Part shown: piece after piece, positions 1 through 14,400 of the stretch
Layout: each line of letters starts with the position of its first letter
Position numbering within the stretch: the first letter of the stretch is position 1
Assembly (NCBI GenBank): GCA_040946865.1
Contig: JAYFSB010000001.1
Span: 1-60,396 of the forward strand
Length of the DNA stretch: 60,396 nt
From: Burkholderia sp.
GTDB lineage: Bacteria > Pseudomonadota > Gammaproteobacteria > Burkholderiales > Burkholderiaceae
Direction of reading: 5' to 3'
Translations under genes and position numbers: made by a program
The notes under the pieces: model-generated
Told to the model about the DNA's origin: nothing
Database searches by the model: none
What the model saw: only the letters and a program-made list of their open reading frames with translations

Positions 1-2446
<2,446 letters not shown>

Positions 2447-2450
<4 letters not shown>

Positions 2451-5400
2451 CCGACCACGTTGCAGAGATCTACCGTCAAGTCGCCGCCGGCCAACTGAAC
2501 AAGGACGAGGCCCTGGCGCGGCTTCGCCAGGTGCAGGAGGTGTCGGATGACAGGACCGCATGCGTGGTGCGGGCCGTTGTTGGCACGCGCGTTGGCACGC
2601 GCGAGGTGGTGACGCAGGCGCTGGCGGCGCTCTATGCGACCCAGTCGAAGATCGCGCTCGAGGCCATCGACCCGCTGGAGCCGCTCGAATCCTATGGCAT
2701 CGATTCGATCGTGATCGCCAGAATGAACCGCGAGCTGGGCGAGCGCTTCGAAGGCCTGTCCAAGACGCTGTTCTTCGAACATCGTACGCTCGACAGTCTG
2801 GCGGGGTTCCTGTGGCGCGAGCATGAGGCGGCCTGCCGGGCGTGGCTGGCACCAGGCACGGCGGCGGCAAAAGCACCGGCAAATCCGGCGAACACCGTCG
2901 CAACCACTGGCGCAGCGGCCACACCCGCGGCCGATACGACCACCGCCTGGGCCCCGATCGCGATCGTCGGCCTGGCCGGGCGCTATCCACAGGCGGCCGA
3001 TCTCGATGCATTCTGGCGCAACCTGCGCGAGGGCCGCGACTGCATCGTCGAGGTGCCGGCTGAGCGCTGGCCGCTGGACGGCTTCTACGAGCCCGATCCG
3101 GATCGGGCGATCGCTAGCGGCCGCAGCTACGGCAAGTGGGGCGGTTTCCTAGAAGGCTTCGCCGATTTCGACCCGCTGTTCTTCAACATCTCACCGCTCG
3201 AGGCGATGGGCATGGACCCGCAGGAACGCCTGTTCCTGCAAAGCACCTGGCACGCGCTGGAAGACGCCGGCTATACGCGCGACAGCCTGGCCGAACACTA
3301 CGGCGGCCGCGTCGGCGTGTTCGCCGGCGTTACGCGCAACGGCTTCGGCCTGATCGGCCTCAAGGCCTGGCACGAGGGCAGCACGGTGTTCTCGCAGCCG
3401 GCCTTTAGCTCGATCCCGAACCGTGTGTCCTATGCGTTCGACCTGCGCGGGCCCAGCCTGCCGATCGACACCATGTGCTCGTCCTCGCTGACGGCGATAC
3501 ACGAAGCCTGCGCGGCCCTGCATCGCGGCGATTGCGCGATGGCGCTGGCCGGCGGCGTGAACCTGTGCGTGCACCCGGCCAGCTACGTGGGGCTAGCCAC
3601 CGGCAAGATGCTGTCCAGCGACGGCCGTTGCCGCAGCTTCGGTGCTGGCGGCGATGGCTACGTGCCGGGCGAGGGCGTGGGCGTGGTGGTGCTCAAGCCG
3701 CTGGCTGCGGCGCTGGCCGACGGCGATCGCATCCATGGCGTGATCCGCGCCACCAGTGTCAACCACGGTGGACGCACCAACGGCTTCACGGTACCCAATC
3801 CGGTGGCGCAGGCCGAGCTGATCACCGAGAGCCTGTGCAAGTCCGGTATCCATCCGCGCGCGATTGGCTACATCGAGGCGCACGGCACCGGTACCGCGCT
3901 CGGCGACCCGATCGAGGTCAGCGGCTTGGTGCAGGCCTTCGCGCCGCATACGCGGGAGCGCGGCTTCTGCGCGCTCGGTTCTGCCAAGTCGAACCTGGGC
4001 CATCTGGAGGCCGCCGCCGGCATTGCCGGCCTGACCAAGGTGCTGCTGCAGATGCGCCACGGCGAGCTGGTGCCGAGCCTGCATGCCGAGCAACTGAACC
4101 CGAACATCGATTTCGACGGCACGCCCTTTGTGGTGCAGCGCGAACTCGCACCCTGGGCCGAGCCGGAGCTCGACCTGGATGGCCAAGCGTGTCCTTATCC
4201 GCGCATCGCCTCGGTGTCCTCGTTTGGTGCCGGCGGGGCCAACGCGCATCTGCTGGTGGAGCAATACCGGGTGCCGGCGGGGCCCTCGGCGTCGTTCGCT
4301 GGGCCGCAGGCCATTGTGCTGTCCGCGCGCACGCCCGATCGCCTGCGCGCCGCCGCACAAGCCTTGCTTGGTCACGTCGATGGCGGCGGTGCCGGCGCGA
4401 GTCCGGCGGCGCGCCTGGCCGCATGGCTGATCGAGGAACTGGCTGTCATCGTTGGCGTGGACGCCGTGGCGATCGACGCTCGGGAGACCCTGGCCGACCT
4501 GGGCGTGGAAGTTCTGCATCGCACGCGCTGGTACGAGCGCGTGCAGGAGCGCCTGAATCTGCCTTGGTCGTTGAAGGATTTCCTCGACCAGGACAGCGTG
4601 CAGCAGCTCACGGACAATCTGCTGCGCGAACACGGCGCAACGGTGGCTGCGCAATTCCCCGCGCCCGCTGCCGCCGCGCCAGCGTTGGCCGACTTGGCGC
4701 ATACGCTGCAGGTCGGGCGCGAGGCGATGCCGGAGCGCCTGGCTTTCGTGGCTGCCGATCTCGCCGAGTTGACGGCGGGCCTGCGCGGCTTCCTGGATGA
4801 CGACGAGCGCTTCCCCTTGTGGCACGGCAAGGCCAGGCGCGGCCGCGCGCTACCGGCCCGACCAGATCAGGCGCAATGGCAGGCCTGGATCGACGCGCAG
4901 GACTGGTCGAAGCTGCTGCCGGCCTGGGTCGCCGGGCACGAACTGCCGTGGCGGGAACTTCCTGGTGCGCAAGGCGCGCGCCGCATCGGCCTGCCGTTGT
5001 ATCCGTTTGCCGCCGAGCGCTATTGGGTCGATCCACAAAGCCTGCGGCCCCGGCCTGTCGCGTCGGTTGAATCTCGGCTGCATCCACTGGCCCAGCAACG
5101 CACCGATGGCGTGAAAGGTCCAACCTTCCTCAGCCGCTTCAGCGGCACAGAAAGCTTCTTCGATGATCACCAGGTCGGCGGCCGGCGCATCCTGCCCGGC
5201 GTGGCCTACCTGGAAATGGCGCGCGCCGCGGCCAGCCTAGCGGCAGACGGCGCAGCGATCCGCAGCCTGCGCAACGTCGTCTGGGCGCGTCCGATCGAGG
5301 CGGATACCGAAGGCGTGGTGGTGACGCTGCGCCTGCAGTCGCATCAGGAAGGCAGCTGGCGCTATGAGGTGCTCGGTGCCGACGGTGGCGTCCACGGCCA

Positions 5401-8400
5401 GGGCATAGCCAGCACGGCGCTTCCCGAAACGCCGGTCGATCTCGACCTGGTCGCGCTGCGTGCGCGCATGCAGGGCGGCACGCTCGACGCCGAAGCCTTC
5501 TACCAGGCCTATGCGTCGATGGGCATTGCCTACGGCGCGGCACATCGCGGTTTCGTGCAGGCCGTGGTGGGCGAAGGTGAACTGCTGGCCGAGCTGTGTC
5601 TGCCCGCTGCCGTGCAGACTGACGCGCAGGCCTACGTGCTGCATCCGAGTCTGATGGACGGGGCCTTCCAGGCCACACTCGGGCTTTACCTGCTCGGCCC
5701 GCGCGCCGATGCGGCGCAGGCCATGTTGCCGTTCGCGCTTGAGACGCTGGAACTCCATCGGCCGCCGCAAGCACGGGCGTGGGGCTGGATTCGCAGCCGG
5801 GGCGGGCGCGGCGGCGTCGAGAAATTCAATATCGAGCTGTGCGATGCGCAAGGCCGCATCTGCGTGCGTATGCTGGGCTTTTCCTCGCGCGTACTGGAAA
5901 CACCGGCCGCCGCCGCGCCCGAAGCGGTCGAGGTGCCGAGCCTGCTGCTCAGCCGGCATGCCTGGCAGGACGCGCCGGCCAGCCAGGCCGCGCCCGATCC
6001 CGCGCTGACGCGGCGCTTGCTGCTGGTCTCGATCGATCCGCAACCGGCCTGGCAGCAGCTTGGCAAGGGCGAGCTGCTGCAGGCTGCTTCGGTGCAGCCC
6101 GAGGAAGCCTGCGCGATCTTGTACACGCAGGTCTTCGAGCGCTTGAAGGCCTGGCTGGAGGAGAAGGGCCGCGACACCTGCCTGTGGCAGATCGCGATCG
6201 CCGGGCAGGGCATCGAGCTGCTGCTGGCCGGCTTGTCGGGCCTGCTGCGCAGTGCCTCGCAGGAAAGCCGCCGGCTGCTGGGCCAGTTGCTGATCCTCGA
6301 AGGCGACGAGGACGTGGCGAGCCTGCGCGCCCGGCTCGACGACAACGCCGCCAGCCCGTTCGACAGTCTGGTGCGCTATCGTGAGGGCCGCCGCGAAACC
6401 TGGCGGCTGCTGGAACTGCCCGACGACGGCAACAGCAGCAGCGAAGACGAAGCGGCACCGCTGCCGTGGCGGCAGAACGGCGTCTATCTGCTCAGCGGCG
6501 GCGCGGGCGAACTGGGCCTGCTGTTCGCCGAGGAAATCGCGCGTCGCGCCTCCGGTGCCACGCTGGTGCTGACCGGGCGCTCGGTGCTGTCGGACCAGCG
6601 CCGCGCTCGCCTGGACGTATTGCGCGAGCACGGTGTCGAATACCGCTACGAGCAGGTCGACGTTACCGACCGGCAGGCAGTGGTGCAACTGGTCGAGCGC
6701 ATCACCGCGGCGCAGGGGTGCCTGGACGGCGTGCTGCATATCGCCGGCGTGCTGCGCGACAGCTACATCCTGAAGAAGGACCGCGCCGCCTTCGAGCAGG
6801 TGTTAGCGCCGAAGCTGCTGGGTACCGCCAACCTCGACCACGCCACACGCGCGCTGGACCTGGATTTCTTCCTGATGTTCTCGTCGAGTGCGGCGATCTT
6901 TGGCAACCTGGGCCAGGCCGACTACGCCGCCGCCAACGGCTTCATGGACGCCTACGCGGCCTACCGGCAGGCGCGGGGCGGCCGCGGCCGCTCGCTGTCG
7001 GTGAACTGGCCGCTGTGGCGCGACGGCGGCATGGGCATGGAGGCCGCTACCGAGGAGATGATGCTGGCCAACACCGGCATGGTGGCGATGCGTGCGCCGA
7101 GCGGTTTCGCGGCGCTAGCGCGCGCTCTGCACAGCGGGCTGCCGCAGGTGGCGGTGATGGAGGGCCTGGCCGAGCGCATGCGCCAGAAGCTGCTGGCGGT
7201 GCCTGCCGCCGCCTCGATGAAGGCAGCGGTACCCGGCGCATCCGTGCCGGCAGCGGCTGCGCCAGGCGGGCAGGCGGATCACGACGAACTCATCGCGCGC
7301 GTGGCGCGCGGCCTGCGCCAGATGGCCGGCGAACTGCTGAAGCTCGATCTGGACCAGATCGATATCGAGGACGATCTCAGCGATTACGGCTTCGATTCCA
7401 TCACCTTCACCAGCTTCTCGAACCGGATCAACAAGCAGTTCGGCCTGGAGTTGATTCCGACCATCTTCTTCGAATATCCGGACATCGCCGGCCTGGCGGC
7501 CCATCTGGTTGAGGTGCATCGTGCGACGCTGGTCGCGGCGAGCCTGGGGCTGCCTGCCGCGCCTGCTCAAGGCGTTCCGGCTCAGGCACGGCCGGCCGCG
7601 CCGGCGTCGGCAGCCGCAACCACCGCCGCATCGGCCACGGTGCCGGTGCCCCTCGCGCCGCAACTGGCGAGTCAGGCAGGCTCCGCATCGAACATCCCGG
7701 CACCACCGCGCCGCGGCGTCGCCGTGATCGGCGTCAGCGGCAGCTTTCCCGGTGCCGATGGCGTGGACGCGCTCTGGCAACTGCTGGAGCGCGGTGGCGA
7801 TGCGATCGGCGAAGTGCCGGCCAGTCGCTGGGACTGGCGCTGCTGCCTGCCGCCCGACGAATCCGAGGCGGTGCGTGCGCGCGTACGCTGGGGCGGCTTC
7901 ATCGACGGCGTGGATCGCTTCGATCCGCTGTTCTTCGGCATCTCGCCGCGCGAGGCCGAACTGATGGACCCGCAGCAGCGGCTGCTGCTGACCTACACCT
8001 GGCTTGCCGTCGAGGACGCCGGCTACGCGCCGCAATCGCTGGCCGGCAGCGACACCGGCCTGTTCGTTGGCACCGCGGTGGGCAGCTACGGTAGCCTGGT
8101 GCTACAGGCTGGCCGCAGCCAGGACGCCTACAGTTCGACCAGCTCGGTGGCTTCGATTGGCCCCAGCCGCGTCAGCTATTTTCTCGACTGGCACGGCCCC
8201 AGCGAGCCGATCGAGACCGCCTGTTCCAGCTCCCTGGTGGCAGTGCACCGCGCCGTGCAGGCGATCGAGAGCGGCCGCTGCGAGGCGGTGCTGGCCGGCG
8301 GTGTCAACACCATCGCCACGCCCGAGGCGCATATTGCTTTTAGCAAGGCTGGCATGCTGTCGGTGGATGGCCGCTGCCAGACCTTTTCCGCCAAGGCCAA

Positions 8401-11400
8401 CGGCTATGCGCGCGGCGAGGGCGTGGGCATGCTGTTCCTGAAGGACCTGGCCGCGGCCGAGCGTGACGGCGACACCATCCACGCGGTGATCGTCGGCAGT
8501 GCAGAGAATCACGGCGGCCGCGCCACCTCGCTGACCGCGCCGAACCCGAAGGCGCAGGCGGCCCTGCTGAAGGCCGCCTATGTCAAGGCCAACTTCGACC
8601 CGCGCCAGCTCGGTTATATCGAGGCCCATGGTACCGGCACCGAACTGGGCGATCCGATCGAGGTGAACGCGCTGAAGAGCGCCTTCAAGGAGATCTATCA
8701 TCGCGCCCGTGCCGAGATGCCTGGCCAGCCGCATTGCGGCCTCGGCTCGATCAAGACCAATATCGGGCACCTGGAGCTGGCCGCCGGCGTGGCCGGCATC
8801 ATCAAGGTACTGCTCCAGCTCCGGCACCGGACCCTCGTGCGCAGCCTGCACGGTGAGCAGGTCAACCCCTACGTGCAGCTCGAGGGCAGCCCGTTCTACC
8901 TGGTCCGGGAAAACCGTCCTTGGGATGCGCCGCGCGATGCCCAGGGGCGTGAGCAGCCGCGCCGCGCCGGCGTCAGTTCGTTCGGCTTCGGCGGCGTCAA
9001 CGCGCATGTTGTGCTCGAGGAATATGTCGCACCGCGAGCGCGTGCGGCTGCGCCGGCGGTAGGCCCGGTACTAGTGCCGCTGTCGGCGAAAAACGAAACG
9101 CGCCTGCGCGAGGCGGTCGCGCGGCTGGCCGATTTTGTCACCGTGCATGCTGACGATGCGGCGGTCGACCTGCACGACTTCGCCTATACGCTGCAGGTGG
9201 GCCGCGATGCGATGGAAGCGCGCCTTGGACTGGTGGTGAACGACAAGGCCGAGCTGGCCCGGCGCCTGCGCGCCTGGCTTGACGACCCGGGTGCCGGCGA
9301 GGTGCTACAGCAGGCGGCCGTCGTCGCACGTGGCAAGGCGCAGAAGGAGGCGCTGGCGGCCTTCTCCGGCGACGAGGAACTGGCCGGCGTGGTCGAGGGC
9401 TGGTGGCGCAATGGCAAGCAGACCAAGCTGCTCGATCTGTGGGTCAAGGGGCTGGACATCGACTGGGCGCGGCTGCAGGCCGGTGCCGGACGTCGGCGCA
9501 TCAGCCTGCCCGGTTATCCCTTTGCCGACGAGCGCTACTGGCTCAAGCCGCTGTCCGCCGAATCAGCTGCGCCTGCCACGACGGCCCAGGTTGAAGCGAG
9601 CGAAGCGCCGGCGCTGTACTTCGAGGAAAGCTGGCAGTCCTATCCGGCACTGTCGGCTTCCGCCGCATCTTCGGCGCGGACCTTGCTGTGCTGCCTGTCC
9701 GATGCCGCTCATCAGCAGGCCTTGCGCGAAGCCGTCGCCCGGCATTGCCCGCAATGGCAGCTGATCTTCCTGGACCGGCAGGCGGTGGAACCGCTTGACC
9801 GACAAGGTTGGGGCGACATGCTGCGCGTGCTCGAACAGGGCGGTGCCGCGATTGACGCGGTGGTCTATCTGTGGCCGCTGGAAGAGGCCGGCCTGCGCCG
9901 CGCCGAAGCGGTGCCGATCGGCCTGGTGCAGGCGCTGGGTGGCATGAAGACGCGGCCCGCTCGGCTGGTGCTGGGCGGTGAATATGCCGACGAACTTGAA
10001 CGTAGCCAGATGGAGGCGTGGATTGGCCTGGAGCGTTCAATGGGGCTGGCGCTGCCGGACTGCAAGGTCGCAACGGTGCTGCGCGAAGCCGGCGACACGA
10101 TCGACTGGGCTGCCTGGGCGCAACTGTTGGGCAGCGCGCTCGGCGAAGCGACGCCCCGCAACCTGCTGGCTGCCCGCGATGGCCTTCGGCAGCTCCAGGT
10201 GCAGCCGCTGACGCTGACTGAGGCCTCCACCACGGTGGATCTGGGCCGCACGGTACTGATTACCGGTGGCACCGGCGGGCTGGGACTAATCTTCGCCCGC
10301 CACCTGGCCGCCGGCCGCCGCTGCAACCTGGTGCTGATGGGCCGCTCGCCGCTCGATGCCGCACGTCAGGGCGCCGTGCAGGCCCTGCAGGCTGCCGGCA
10401 GCGAGGTGCTATACCTGAGCGCCGACGTCGCCGACGCGGACGCCATGCACGAGGTGGTGGCACGAGCCAAGGCGCGCTTCGGCGGCATCGACAGCGTGAT
10501 CCACGCTGCAGGCATCCAGCATGCCGTGCCGCTCGCCGACAAGCAGCCCGACGATGTGCGCCGCGTGCTCGACCCGAAAGTTCGCGGCGCGCTGGTGCTT
10601 GACCAAGTGCTGGCCGGCGAGCCGCTGCGCCTGGTTTGCTACTTCTCCTCGAGTGCCTCGGTGCTGGGCGATTTCGGCTCCGCCGACTATGCCGTGGCCA
10701 ATCGTTTCCTGGCCGCGCATGCGGTGGCACGCGAGCAGCGTCGCGCGCACGGTGAGTGCGCCGGCCGCAGCCTGGCGATCGAATGGCCGCTGTGGCGCGA
10801 GGGCGGCATGGGCGTGGGCGACGACGCAGGCACGGCCCTCTACCTCAAGTCCAGCGGCCAGCAACTGCTTGAGCAGGCCGCGGGGCTGGAGTCGTTCGAG
10901 CGGCTGCTGGGTTCCAACGTCACGCGCGCGCTGGTGTTGGTGGGCGAGCGTGAGCGTCTGCATCGCATGCTTGGGCTCGGTACGGCGTCGGTTGTGCTTG
11001 CTGCCGCGACTCAGGCGACAGCAGCCGTGATGCTGCCGCAGGGGCTTTCGACGACGGCATCCCTGGAAGAATGCGTGAGCGCCGAGCTGACCGCCTTGAT
11101 CAGCAGCCAGGTCAAGTTAGTGCCCGAGTTGCTGGACGCTGAGTCGAACCTTGCCGATTTCGGCCTCGATTCGTTCGGCCTGGCCGAGCTGGCCCGCGCA
11201 TTGAGCGCGCTCTACGGCATTGAAGTGGTGCCCTCGATCTTCTTCGTCTATTCGAGCATCGCGCGGCTGGCCGGCTATCTGCTTGACAAGCATCGCGCCG
11301 AGGTGGAGGCGTATCGGCGCGAGGCGACGCGTGTCGATACCGCCGCAATTCCGCCGCCGCAGCCCGCGTCAACAACGCCCGCACAGGCGCACGCGCCCGT

Positions 11401-14400
11401 GGCAACCGTCATCGAACCCGTACAACCCAAAGCACCGGCATTCGACGGCGAACGCGAGCCGATCGCCATCATCGGCATTAGCGGACGTTTCCCCAAGGCG
11501 CGCGATGTCGAGCAGATGTGGCGCATCCTTGCCGAGGGCATCGACGCCGTCGACGAGATCCCGGCCGAGCGTTTCGACTGGCGCGACTACTACGGCGGCC
11601 GTGAGGCGCAACCAGGCAAGACCAACAGCAAGTGGGCCGGCTGCCTCGACGGCGTCGATGAATTCGATCCGCTGTTCTTCGAGATCTCGCCGCGCGAAGC
11701 GCTCGCCATGGATCCACGCCAGCGTCTGCTGCTGCAGGAATTCTGGAACGCGCTGGAAGACGCCGGCTACGGCCCGCGCCAGTTACGTGCCAACCCGGTC
11801 GGCATCTTCGTCGGCGTGGAGGAGGGCGACTACCAGCGTGTGGTGCCCGACCTCGGCGTGACGTCCAACCACAACGGCATCCTCGCCTCGCGTCTGGCCT
11901 ATTTCCTCGACCTGAACGGCCCGGTGCTGGCCATCAACACCGCCTGCTCCTCGAGCCTGGTGGCGGTGCACCAGGCCTGTGCCAGTCTGCTGAGCGGCGA
12001 ATCTGACACGGCGATCGCCGCTGGTGCCCACCTGATCCTGACGCCCGAGCCCTACGTGGGCATGAGTCAAGCCGGCATGCTGTCGCCGGACGGCTGCTGC
12101 CGCGCCTTCGACCGGGCCGCCAACGGCATGGTGCCGGGCGAGGCGGTGGCGGTGGTGGTGCTCAAACGTTGGTCGCGCGCGGTGGCCGACGGCGATCCGA
12201 TCCGCAGTCTGATCCTCGCCAGCGGCATCAACAACGACGGCCGCAGCAACGGCATCACCGCACCCAACGCGCTGGCCCAGGCCAGCCTGGTGCGCCAGGT
12301 CCAGCGCGCCGCTGGCGTGGTGCCGGAGCAGATCGATTATGTGGTCACCCACGGCACCGGCACGCGTCTGGGCGACCCGGTGGAGATCCAGGCGCTGGCC
12401 GAGGCCTTCGGGCAGCCGGCCGACGGCCGGGCCTATTGTGCGCTCACCTCGAGCAAGGGCAACTTCGGCCATACCTTCGCCGCCTCCGGACTGCTCAGCC
12501 TGATCGGGCTGGTGCAGGCGCTCGAGCACGACACCATTCCGCCCAGCCTGCACTGCGCCCAGGACAGCGACTACATCGCCTGGCGCGCCAGCGCCTTCCA
12601 CGTCAATAAGCAGGCTCGGCCGTGGCCGCGCGATGCCCGGCGGCCGCGTCTGGGTGCCGTCAGCGCTTTCGGCATGAGCGGCACCAATGCGCACGTGCTG
12701 GTGCAGGAGGCACCGGCCGCGGCGGCTCGCGCCGCCGCATTGCCATCGAACGTGGTGCTGGCGCTCTCGGCCAAGACCGAGGCGGGCCTGCGCGAACGCC
12801 TGCTTGGCTTGCGCGACTGGCTGGCCAGCCCGGCGGCCAAGCGCTGCGAGCTGGCCTCGGTCAGCCGCACGCTGCTGGACGGCCGTCATCACTTCGGACA
12901 TCGCGCCGCGGTGGTGGTCGCCAACCTGGCCTCGGCGATCGCCGCGCTGGAACATCTCGCCGTGATAGATGCGGCCGACGGTCCCGATCATTACATCGGC
13001 AAGGTGCCGCGCGGCTTCAAGGGCGAGGCGACGCTGCGCGAACGCGCCGCGAACTGGCCCGCGCAGCAGTTGCCAGATTCTGCGGCGTATCGCGCCCAGC
13101 TGGACGAGCTGGCTCGGTTGCATTGCCAGGGTTATGCGGTGGCCTGGTCGGAACTTGACGGCCTACAGTCGGCGGCCAGAGTCAACCTGCCCGGCTATCC
13201 GTTCGCTCGCGAATCGTACTGGCCGAAGACGCGGATCTCGTCGCCGGCTGCCGCACTCGTGCCCGTGTCCTTCGCTTCTAACTCCACACCGCCGCTGTCG
13301 GCGGCCACCTCGGTACGTCCGATGCTTCAAACCGAACTCTCCGACCCGGCCCAAGGCCGCTATGCCGCGCGTTTCAGCGGCGAGGAATTCTTCCTCAGGG
13401 ATCACCGTGTGCGCGGCCATGCCGTGCTGCCCGGCGTGGCCTACTTGGAACTGGTGCGCGAGGTCCTGGAGGCTCGCACGGGGCACGCCGTGCCCGGTGG
13501 TCTGCAATTGCAGCACGTGACCTGGGTGCAGCCGCTGATGGTGGCCGCGCCTGGCGTCGAGGCGCGTATCGACCTGCATCGCCAGGAGAACGGCGAATGG
13601 CGCTATGAAGTCGGCAGCGGTGGCATTGCCGAAGGCGAGCGCCGCCTGCACTGCCAGGGCTTCCTCGCGCTGGTTCCGCAAGCCGAACCGGCCGCGCTGA
13701 ACTTGTCGGCGCTGCACGGCAGCTGCCGCTCGGCCGAGCTGGACAGCGTGACCTGTTATGCCGCCTACCAGGCGGTGAATATCGAATACGGTCCGAGCTT
13801 CCGCGCCGTGCAGCGAATCTGGGTGGGCGAGGGCCAGGCGCTGGCGCAGCTGCGCTTGCCGGCCGAGGCGCTGGAGGACAGCGAGGCCTATGTTTTGCAT
13901 CCGAGCCTGCTCGACGGTGCTCTGCAGGCCAGCATCGGCCTGGCGATGGTGCAGGCGACGCAGGGCGACGGGGAGCCCATGCTGAGCCTGCCGTTTGCGC
14001 TCGACAGCCTGGTCCTGCATCGGCCCTGCCCGAACGAGACCTGGGTGTGGATCCGTCCCACACCAGGGGCGCAGAGCAGTCGCGTGCGCAAGCTGGACCT
14101 CGATCTTTGCGACGCGCAAGGCCGCGTCTGCATCGCTTTGCGCGGTTTCTCAGCGCGGCTGGTGGTGCAGGCCGCCACGGCCAAACCGTCGTCGATCCAT
14201 GCTCCGGTCGACGCCGCGCGAGCTTCGATGGCGGCGTCGGCCCCCGTGTCTGCCGCGACCAACGATATCGCGTCGATCGATGTGCCCGCGGCAACGACTG
14301 GTGCCACGCAAGGTGCCTGGCTGCCGGTGGGGCCGACCGTGCTCGCGCCCGTCTGGACTGTGCGCGATGTCGACGACGGCAGCCAGGTGCCGGCCCCGGC

